A DNA stretch of 59,346 nucleotides, the filler included, from Sphacelaria rigidula (taxonomy: Eukaryota): NCBI GenBank assembly GCA_964200075.2. It is 5 parts of 5 records of this genome, joined end to end, with 100 filler letters (N's around TTAATTAATTAA, not from the genome) between each part and the next. Parts side by side here need not be neighbours in the genome. Positions count along the whole stretch, not along the records: positions 47,559 to 59,346 come from CAXNAA020004499.1; 4 more parts are not named here. One strand, 5' to 3'. A program made the translations under genes and the position numbers. Below are positions 49,565 to 59,346 of this stretch, one piece after another; positions within the stretch are counted from its first letter, which is position 1, and each line of letters begins with the position of its first letter. Below the pieces are notes generated by a model. It saw only the letters and a program-made list of their open reading frames with translations. It made no database searches and was not told the DNA's origin.

Positions 49565-52500
49565 GTGAGGCAGATGAATATGTCGGGAGAGCCATCTGTA
49601 ACTCAGCTCATCAAGAGCATCAACAAGTTCGACGGTACAAAGTTCGTCGAGTCGATGCGCTCTACGCGCGCCATCATTTCTTTAACGCATCCGGGGATTG
49701 CGGATATCCCCAACGGGGTCGAACGCCCCGCGGAATTAGAAGAGGATTTTTCTGAGGCAGATCTTCTACAACCAGCTGCCCCAAGACCTACCCCTGCTAG
49801 AACTCGTTCTCAAACCACCCGCCAGCACTCGTCCGTTCGACCGCACTTCTCATCGGCGGAGGCAACCGCGGGGGACGAGATGATTGCAGCGGTGGGGACT
49901 GGACCTACCCAATGTTACCATCATTTTTCACGAGAATCTCGTTCTTCAAGCGAGATGTCACATGTAAGGCGGGTTTCTAACACGCGTGAGATAGAAAGTT
50001 GGGACCGATACAGTCAACAATTGTCCCTCGTCTTGTATATGTCTACAACTGGTCCTGCAGCGAGTTGTTTGTTGCGTTTCCAGCCGAAGGGTTCAGAGAG
50101 ACCAAACGGCAAACGTGCATGGAAGGCTTTGATTTCCAAGTGTCAAAATTCTTCGAAGCAGAGAATCAGGATCTTGATGAGAGAACTCATCATCATCACT
50201 ATGTCACCAGGGCAAGACCCTGATGCTTTCTTGAGCAAAGCGTATCAGCTTCGGGATGAACTGGACAACGTTGGCGAGGCTATTTCCGAAGAAAGGCTGA
50301 CTAACATAGTGATCGAAGGTTTACCAAGCGAGTATGATCTCATCAAGTACAATGCGGAGCGTGATCCAGATCTCAGTATTCAGAGCATCGAAATAACAAT
50401 GCGAAATATGTATGCTAATCGCATGGCGCAGAGATTCACCTCCGGGAAATCGCATGGCCGCGATTCATCACTGCTGGTGACATCACTGTCGAAATCTTTG
50501 AATCAACCCCAGAAATTCCGTGGATATTGCTACACCTGCGGGAGACTAGGATATCAGGCAAGAGACTGTCGCTCCCAACTGCAGTCAAAGAATGGGAACA
50601 GGCCTGTAAAATGGTGCAGTTTCCATCACACTGACAAGCATGACGACACCGAGTGTAAATCTCAACAGAACCGCGGGAATGCAGCCAACAACGCTGGAAA
50701 CAACAACAACAACAACCATCATCATCGCAGAAACCCCCGCCATCGAAATGACAATTGTGACAACAGCAGCAACAACAGCAGGAGCAACCACAACAGCAAC
50801 AACTCCAACGGACGTCAACGCCAAGCCAACACAGCCGTCGCCGATCCAGCTTCTACAATCGTCCCATCGAACAACAACGGCCTGGAAACTTCTTCATCAA
50901 CAGCTGCGACGGTAATAGATACATCCTCACCGCCACACGGTATTAGGTTTACTTTTCTTTCTGGTTCACATGTCACTGATACATCCGATCCAAATTCTTT
51001 TCAGTTGACAGTGGATAGCGGCAGCACTGGACATTTTTTGGATGATCAGTTGCTACCCGATATCGAACGTGAAATGGTCGAGCTGGTCAAACTCGATCCA
51101 CCGATGACTATTTTAACAGCTGGACGCCATCTACTACATGGTACAGCAAAAGGAGTTCTGAACACCGTGGCCATTGACTCTGAGGGGTACCAACGTTCTG
51201 TACGGCTCCCAGCCGTAATTGTCCCGGGTTTGGGGAAGCATATGTTCTCCCCTGTGCAAGCTCTTGCGAAGGGCGGTTCGACTATATTTTCTCACGAGCC
51301 CCATATAGACCTCCGAAAGTTTAGAGTGCCAATCAACAGTGACAGCAACGGAGCGTTACAGTACATCAGCGTGAGAGTTTCTAGGAAACAAGGTAGTATT
51401 AATAACAGCTCAGCATTCACAGCTACAATTATTTCAGGATAATCTATGGGGATTGGATCAGCCGTTGTCGCAGAAGCCATTCACCACGACATGCCGGAAA
51501 TTTCAGCAGCCATGTCTGCCACAGCGGGAGCAGAACCGACAGCTTTGACTACCACGACAGGAGCAGACATTTGGCATAGGCGGCTTGGACATCCCACGGA
51601 GCAGGTCATGCGCCGTCTACTGAATATTCCTGAATCAGGTGTGAACTTTGAGGGGTCACGGTCACCTTGTGTAACGTGCAAGCTTAATAAGTGTACAGCA
51701 GGACCACCCAATCACCGTAGACTCCACGAACATTTCGGAACGACTGCAATTGGCCAGCACTGACCTAACAGGGCCAATTAAGCCCATGGCGCAGGGCGGC
51801 TACCGCTACATGGCAAAGTATACGGATCACTTCTCGCGTTTCAAGGTAGTCTACTTCATTAAAACGAAGGATGAGACCCTAACTACGCTCTGCAGGTTCA
51901 TCCAAGATTTGGCTATTCCTTTAGGACTCCGTGTACACCGTCTGCGGTCAGACCGTGGGGGTGAATACATCGCGGACTATTTTAAGAAGTACTGCAAGAC
52001 TACGGGCATCCGCCAAGAGTTCACCAGTCCATATACTCCTCAGCAGAATGGCATCAGTGAAAGAGACGGGCGGAGCATCTTGAACGTTACACGTTGTCCC
52101 CTGAACGAATCGAATTTACCGAGAATTCTTTGGGGAGAAATTGCTGCAACTACGGTCTTTTAAATTAATCGCCTACCGCACACGAGCATCGGCGGCGATA
52201 CACCATATTTTCGAATATTTCTCAAGCAACCGAAGCTATCATCCTTGCGGACAATCGGCTCGAGGGCGTTTGTGCACAGGGAGCGTCATCACAGTAAGTT
52301 AGAAGAAAAGACTTGGGAAGGAGTGCTAGTAGGGTATGATTCCGATAGTCCATCGTACCGCATTTACAACAGCTACTCGGGAAAAATACCCAGCTCCAGA
52401 AACGTCACTTTCATCGAACGAGTAACAGGAGCTCCTTGCAGTGATGAAGATTTTTCGACTTTGGATATCCAGGAACCCGTCGTATCTGCAGTTGATCAGG

Positions 52501-54368
52501 AACAACACGACGATATCAACAACTTCAACATAAATATTTACGATGATAAAGCTCAGCTAGAGGACAGCACCACGGAGGACAATTCACCGACTACAGGGTC
52601 GCTTATCGCCCAAAGGAGGTTGCGTTCAGCCGGTGGTCCCAATCATCATCCTCGTGGACCCGTTAACAAACGGCAAGCCAGCGAGCTAAAGCGACTAGCT
52701 TTCATGTCTTCTGGGGGTCAACATGCTGCAGCAAGACTGGAAATGGTATGTCAGTACATAGTTACTGTTGGAGTTGAACAGGTTGCACCACCCGCGTCAA
52801 TTACAGTACCCACCAACTATCGACAGGCATCGAGCTCACCATACTCGAAGAAGTGGAAAGCAGCCATGCTATACGAACTTCAAAGTATCAAGAATCATGA
52901 TGTAGCCGATATCATCCCGGCCAGCTCTATTCCCAGCAACAACATCATCGGTACAAGGTGGGTCTTTAAGGTCAAAGCCGACGGGCGTTTTAAAGCCCGG
53001 TTGGTGGTTCAAGGTTGGTCTCAGAGGCATGGACTCGACTGTGGGAGTACTTTCGCTCCAGTTTGCAGGTTAGAAAGTGAGCGATTGTTTTTGGCAATTG
53101 CTACTGCGAGAAAATGGTCTATTTTAGCCCTCGACGTACAAAATTCTTTCTTGAACGGTAAGCTACAGGAAACAGTATTCTGTAGACAACCACCTGGCTT
53201 CGAGACGTCCGACCCAGTGACAGGAGGACCACAAGTGATGCGTCTTGAGCGCGTGCTCTACGGACTGCGCCAGAGTCCAAACGTGTGGAACGTTACAATG
53301 GATACGGAGTTACGGAAAGTGGGTTTTTCTGCCACAGCAAGTGACTCATGTGTCTACACGAAAGGATCCCATGAGGGATATGTGATGCTTACTCTGTATG
53401 TAGATGATGTCTTGATGACAGGACCGTCAAAAAGTATACTGCAACAGGTTCAGGATGCACTGAAGTCAAGCTTCTCCATCCCCGACCTAGGGCCAGTTTC
53501 TCTTATTCTTGGTATAGAGGTCATCAGGGATGAAGTGCGAGGAACTCTCAAGTTGTCACAGCATAAGTACGTAGAATCAATGCTCAAGAAATTCGGCATG
53601 GAGTCATCTAATCCACTTCATACACCGGGAACACCAACTCAACTCATCGACGACGCGCCCGAAGATACATTCCTGGAACCGTCAGAGAAAACTAGTTACC
53701 AAGCAATGGTTGGGAGTCTCATCTTGCTGGCACAGAGCACAAGATTTGACATCGCATTTAGTGTTTCCCAGGTAGCATGTCACATGAGCAGCCCAAGTCG
53801 CCAAAACTTAGTAGCAGTTAAACGGATATTTCGGTACCTGAAGGGAGAACCCGATCTTCCGCTAACGTACTCATCCTCCAATAAGAATCTGGTTTGAAAG
53901 GGATTTTGTGATGCTAGCTATGGTAATGCCGGACTTCAGGGGAAAATGTTATCAACAACGGGGACGTTATTTTTTCTGTATAACGGGCTACTTCATTCCA
54001 CTTCGAGCTTCCAACGTATAACAGCCACTTCAACGACAGAAGCCGAGTTAATTGCCCTTTCGAAATGCGGCAAATTCGGAACGTATCTCTTCAATCTGAT
54101 ACGAGAGCTTGCATGGTCATCTATTGAGCCCGCGACTATCTACTTGGATTCACAAGGCGCACTTCATCTGTCTCGAAACGCCAACTTCAGCACCAGCTCG
54201 AAACACCTGGCGATACGATTTTTTAATTTAAAAGATATGATTCGAGCCGGACAACTAAGGAAAAACTATGTACGATCTTCGGAACAATTAGCGGATCTTC
54301 TCACCAAAAGCTGTGATAGAATCGTACATCAGAGACTGCTGAAGGCCATAACCGAGTTTGGGAGATAA
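49565..54368 (+). pseudogene. Copia gag-pol polyprotein, disrupted
   Basis: Gag zinc knuckle CYTCGRLGYQARDC (His changed to Tyr), protease TVDSGSTGH, IWHRRLGHP..CVTC, integrase TDLTGP/DRGGEY/QQNGISER, RT FKARLVVQG/LYGLRQS/LYVDD, RNase H GFCDASY/STTEAE/QLADLLTK. In-frame stops at 51440 and 52161; frameshifts near 51700-51750 and 53890. Confidence 0.93.
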
Positions 54369-54407
54369 CGGATATCAACCCGGCGGGATATCTATCTTCA
54401 GCATTAC

Positions 54408-54616
54408 CGTCAACGCTCAACCACGATCATCATCATCAACGCTACAAGCTCCTTCATCATCGTCAACCCTCAACCTCGATCATATTCGTCAACGTTCAAC
54501 TTCGATCATCATCGTCAACGCTCAACTTCGATCATCTTCGTCAACGCTCAACCTCGATCATCATCGTCAACGCTCAACCTCGATCATCATCGTTAAGGCT
54601 AAACTTCGACCATCAT
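54408..54616 (+). repeat. Tandem repeat, 8 x 26 bp, in the copia 3' non-coding region
   Basis: Consensus CGTCAACGCTCAACCTCGATCATCAT. Confidence 0.9.
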
Positions 54617-55373
54617 CGCCACCGGAGTTTAAGGAATTTGATTTTGTTTTTTCTCTTAATAAATGTCATTGAGTGAAAGAACCCGAGTAGGTGTAAGATG
54701 CCTGTAATACTCGTACATTATATAGAACGCGCGGCAAAATTACCTGCGTTGGGTGAATGTGTTTTGATTGCTTTTGTTTTTTTCGAGTGCAGTCTCAAGG
54801 TCCAGAGGAGCATGCTAAAAGCACGGTGTGCAGACTCCTGCATTTATGATACAAGGTCCAAAAAACACGCTCTAGGAACACTGCGTGCAACGACCTCCAG
54901 GTTTGCGATGTTCTTTCCGTCCTTGCCTACTTTGTCTTTTCTTGTCTCCCTTTTGGGAAGGGTGCTCTTTGAGGGGGAAGAGGGAGTCGGGAAACATATT
55001 TGGCATCTGTAAGTTATCGTTGATTGCTACATCGTCACATGATGAAAACATTTCGCGGTTTGATGTTACCGCACAATAGTTCTTATTTGCCAAATTATTT
55101 TGTAGCTCACGGAAATCTGATGCGCATGCAAATACATGCGCATGTGCATCAGATTTGTAACAGTGACTAGTTTCTTTTCTAAAGTGGTCTAACGGTTAAG
55201 TCGTTTTTTTATATATATACAGTATAGACATGTGAGTTGTACAACAGTACGAGTGCGTATCTTGACGATTGACTTTGTGTACTGTCAGTATTACATAGTT
55301 CGACTGATTGTATTCGCTTGCTACACATAGCATGTAAGGTACACTATTTTTCTTTGATAGCGACATGTCAATC

Positions 55374-55382
55374 AAGGGGAAG
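55374..55382 (+). promoter_or_regulatory. Polypurine tract
   Basis: AAGGGGAAG immediately 5' of the 3' LTR start TGTTG. Confidence 0.8.
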
Positions 55383-55765
55383 TGTTGCAAATTTAGACAG
55401 GACAGTCTAAGCTCTTTGTGTGTGATTGAAATCGCCGCTGCAAGTTACTGTACTGCATAAGCGGCACGACTGAATGTTATTTGCTACGGTTCAGGTGAAA
55501 CTGTAAACCACGTATGTGTCGTTTCACTGTACCTTTTGCATGGTAAGATAGGGTATATGTTTCAATATCTTTTGGTTCACGTACAGCATTGGTTTTTCTC
55601 CAGAGAGTGGAAAGTGTTGAGGCTCGCTCTCGCTCGCCCATCGCTTCCCACTCTCCCCAGCAACCCAGTTTTGCTTCCACAGCTCTCTCTTGCAAAAGAG
55701 GCTGTTTGATATTTTAGGCCAGAAGCGCCGAACTACACTATCTTGATTTTACTACACTGGCTCCT
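55383..55765 (+). repeat. 3' LTR, missing its last 83 nt
   Basis: Identity with the 5' LTR stops abruptly after CTGGCTCCT. The remainder is not found in the window. Confidence 0.92.
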
Positions 55766-56367
55766 CGCAGCACTGTGGTGAGGTGATTAATACCGCCTCA
55801 TATGACCCAGGTGATGAGCGTTCCCATGATAAATTCAAGTAATTTTATGACGATATACTAAACCCAAATCAGCAAGCATTCGTTCTCTATGACAGTATTC
55901 CAGGTACTCCAAGAGACGCTGGCTAGCTCCTGCTTTCCCAGGATACAAACTTGAGCGCAACCTATATGTGCATATGTGTCTGGTAACGGACTCAAGACTC
56001 GGCTCATACGAAGAGCACCGTTCCATGACAACGGAAATTGAGCTGAACAAAAAGATGCAAAAAAATATAGATTACATTTCCCTAAACGTAGCAGTCACTC
56101 GAACTATATCAGATATCTGGTTCGGCGGACACTTGAACACCCGACGGCAACGACAGGAATTCCTGGCGGAGAATCTCAAAGTCCTGATGGATAGCGTTTA
56201 TCATTGTCTACTCTACAACAAGGAGCTGTTAGTGCAGAAGAGGTCGGCTGAGCAGAGACCGGTGGTGGGGCTTAACCGTAGACAGGAACCTGAGAGTTCC
56301 TGGCGGAAACTGAAAACCTGCGCGTCATTTACGCATGTTGACCGAACAGATACCCATCAACAATGAA

Positions 56368-58585
56368 CAGTGGATTCTCGAAAATGGGGTTGAAGAAAAA
56401 TGAGGTTCAACTCAAAAGCCGTCCACACGCGGCCATTCGGCTACCCCCTTTAAATACTCTATCGCGATTTTCATCCTCTCGAGGGTAAAGTGACCCTCCC
56501 GAGGATAAGAATACCCTCTAGAGGGTATATCACACTCGGTTCCGGTCATGGAACGAATCCTCTGGAGGGCATCTAATGCTCCAGTGACTTCCGAGGTCTG
56601 AATTCCTCCAGAGTACCACAAATATGGTGCTCTGGGGCACGTGGTTTTCGTGAACGTCCTTTAGAGGGAAATATGAACAGCAGAGGGAAATATGAGCATC
56701 ATTACCGTGGAGGAGGGACCGACTATGGCCTCTGAGGCATTTTTTGCGACTCCGGAAGACATAGCCGTGCAGTATCTCCAGCATGTACATTTACACTTGT
56801 GCACTTGTGCCCTACCTGCTTCCAGGGGACCTTCGAGATCATCACGCCAGATATAGTATATGTATCACCCGCCGTTCACAGATTGAATTGCAAAACCGAC
56901 AACACTTATTCCCAGCTATAATACCACCACAATAACCCTGCAACAAAGAGCACGAGTTGGGCACAGGGATATAGATACACACTGCAGTAGTTGGGCATGA
57001 TGTGTGTCTTGTTGGTGGAAGTTTCAACTCGAGCAGCGGCGTATGGTGCGGGTAATAACTGCATACACACCCATGGACAGTCCAGGCAGACAAAGCTGCG
57101 CACACTGTTCAGGTCCTATTCACGTCGCACTCTAAGCAAAAAACATACATACAGTCCTGCGCTGTCTGTACTGTACTTTGTCCGCTTCCCTTTCACGTCC
57201 TACTGACTGCAGCGGTGAGCATGCTGCAAGTACGGGCATCGTGATGTATACCCAGTAGCTGACGGTATATAACACCCCCCATGCACCCAAAGTTACAGAC
57301 ATCCACTTTGTTTAGCCATACGTGGCGCATATTCCGCGCTAACTCGACAGTATATTGCACCGCACGTATATAAGCACGATATGGCACTGTCCTTCACGGC
57401 ATTGTACTGTTCAGTACAGCATCAAACCATGCTTATTGTTGTGATGGTCATGTCGTCATCAACGTACAGAAAAACGGCGATCATAATTTTTCGCGTGTGA
57501 AAAAATCCTTCACTTTGGTGCTGGAATGGTGAACGCAGGACTACGGGGTTTTGAAACCTGTGTGTTTAAATAAGAGAGGTTTATATGAGCGGTAAAGCAT
57601 AACCACAAGCTACTGCTATATAGCATGGCTGTGTGTACATACACTCACAGTCAGTGTATGGGATTTGAAATCAATCAATGCTGCTGAAGACGTCGATCCA
57701 CCTGCCTAATATATATATGAAACGGGGCAAGAGTATGAGTTTTCAGCGACTTCTGCTGTTTCTCGACTCTCATTCACTGATACGGTGCAGTATGTGGGAC
57801 TTGAACAGCAGAAGCTGCTTGCAAATGAGTCCTTCTTTTGCTCCATTTCAGGTATTGGCGGGCACAATGAGGATTTATTTCGAACAGTTTCTGGTGTACA
57901 AATTCCATTTGCGAGAGTATATGGGATTTGCACACCAGAAACTATTCGAAATAAATACTTTTTTCCTTATTCCAATAATTTGGAATCAGGATTTATTTCG
58001 AACAGCAGAGGTTGTGAAAATTCCAGATTTCCATAGCACTTGTGCCTCCAAAAACAATCCAGAGAATTCTAATATTGACCGAGACCTTCGAGGGCCCCGA
58101 CATTGAAAATCCTCTAGAGGATTACGAATGCCCAAGATCCTCTAGAGGGGATTTCAAAACGGACGGAACCGAGGATGACGTTTGAAACTTTCTCTACGAG
58201 GTAGCCGAATGGCCGCATGTGTGCTTTACCTGACCTAAATTCATGACAAATAACTGTCATATGAACCACCCCATCCCTCTCGACCTCCCTAAAACTATTT
58301 CGAGGGATTTCTAGCCTTCCGTTCCCCCAAAAGGTATGTGAAAAAGCACGATTTTGGGAACAAAAGAAGTCCTTTTGTCACCTCGAAATCGAGGCAAAAA
58401 TATGCTTTCGAAGATACCCTTTGGGGGAACGGAAGGCTGTAATTCCCCCGAAATAGTTTTAGGGGAGTCGGCAGGGATGGGGTGGTCCATATGAAAGTCA
58501 TTCATCATGAATTAACGTCAGGGAAAGCACGGCTTTTGAGTTGGACCAAACTTTGTTTTTCAACCCCATTTTCGAGAATCCACTA
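56368..58585. mobile_element. 2.2-kb non-autonomous DNA transposon with long imperfect TIRs
   Basis: Perfect 26-bp inverted repeat AGTGGATTCTCGAAAATGGGGTTGAA (56369-56394 / 58559-58584). It continues with AACTCAAAAGCCGT, GCGGCCATTCGGCTACC and CCTCTAGAGG motifs. No transposase ORF seen. Confidence 0.8.
58221..58530. mobile_element. Foldback MITE nested in the right TIR of the 2.2-kb element
   Basis: Arms of ~128 nt, roughly 80% complementary by eye (GTGCTTTACCTGACCTAAATTCATGA... / ...TCATGAATTAACGTCAGGGAAAGCAC). Absent from the left TIR. Confidence 0.8.
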
Positions 58586-59270
58586 TTAATCGCAGATTCT
58601 GCATATCAGCTTCAATATCCTTATTACTGCGAACACTCACAGAATCATCCTCCATGGACCACAACGCTTCTACGACCACAACCATGAACAAAGCATCGTA
58701 CATCAGATCAACCGTGTCTTCAACCTCAACAACGAGCGAATATCTGCCCAGTAGAAAACCGTTAAAAAAATCCGTATCAGAGATACCCAGACGTTGTCAC
58801 TGGGTTTGTATGGTGCCACAATTATTATCACAACTTTTACATCCCTTGGTTCTGGCTGTTGTCTTAGATATAGACTCAATACTGTAGTGAAGTGATAGAT
58901 CGTCTATGCTTCGTCCAAGCAATTAATTGGAGGGCCAACAATACTGCCGCGCAATTTGTGTACAGGTACACTATATGATTTGGTCCTTGTACTCTCAAGT
59001 AGCGTAGTAATAACCTTTGTCTCGAGTATCGACTAACCATAATATAGTCGAGTGGTCACGACAGTCATTCTCGATCCATGCGATTATTGAGCCCGTCAAA
59101 ATTCAAGTGTTTCCGTATACCTGTACACTAAACCCAAATGATCTGGTTTCCTGTAGGCCATTGTAATGCGTGAGAGGACCGCGTGCTTAGAGGACCGCGC
59201 CGTAGCCCGAAACACCCCAGGATCGACGTTTTTCGAAACCAATCGGGCCAGTCCCTGCAGGCACCACGAA

Positions 59271-59307
59271 CCTGACCCTAACCCCAACACTAACCCTAAC
59301 TCTAACC
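59271..59307. repeat. Degenerate telomere-like (CCCTAA)n tract
   Basis: CCTGACCCTAACCCCAACACTAACCCTAACTCTAACC. Confidence 0.6.
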
Positions 59308-59346
59308 ATAGGGATGTTTAAATTCCGATGCGGTCCTCTAAGCACG

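Larger units (their letters stand above)
48841..55765 (+). mobile_element. Ty1/copia LTR retrotransposon, decayed, 3' LTR truncated
   Basis: Direct repeats 48841-49223 and 55383-55765. Domain order gag-PR-IN-RT-RH. PBS after the 5' LTR and polypurine tract before the 3' LTR. Confidence 0.97.

Noticed and set aside
51440..51442. Programmed stop-codon readthrough in gag-pol
   Set aside because: The TAA lies after the protease rather than at the gag end, and the element has other stops and frameshifts. Decay is the simpler explanation and fits the LTR divergence.
54408..54616. Regular 26-bp repeats resembling a CRISPR array
   Set aside because: Head-to-tail units with no unique spacers, inside a eukaryotic retrotransposon, and no cas genes.
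46178..55765. Copia element inside an intron of the plastid protein gene
   Set aside because: Linker 4 lies between them, so the adjacency is artificial.

Overview
Eukaryotic, intron-rich nuclear DNA. A stramenopile, probably brown-algal, origin is inferred from many short exons, poly-G/C tracts, an ASAFAP-type plastid-targeting peptide and TTAGGG-like repeats. The window is not one locus. Four identical 100-nt linkers (44 N + TTAATTAATTAA + 44 N) separate five pieces of 11791, 11789, 11789, 11789 and 11788 nt, which points to unplaced scaffolds joined in size order. Piece 1 holds a 9-exon RAD9 (9-1-1 clamp) gene. Piece 2 holds a 15-exon Xaa-Pro aminopeptidase (M24B) gene and fragments of minus-strand genes. 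Piece 3 is mostly repeats, with small minus-strand exon candidates and a pre-miRNA-like hairpin. Piece 4 holds the first exon of an unassigned gene, head-to-head with a plastid-targeted Ala/Pro/Lys-rich membrane protein gene. Piece 5 holds a decayed Ty1/copia LTR retrotransposon (half-tRNA-Met PBS repeated four times, truncated 3' LTR) and a 2.2-kb TIR element with a nested foldback MITE. Dispersed elements include a tRNA-derived SINE with a (CA)n tail, a modular repeat family and several MITEs. The best leads are a structured-RNA module found twice with a compensatory stem change, the tandem LTR-end/PBS array and the miRNA-like hairpin. All calls are by eye; no searches or folding programs were run.
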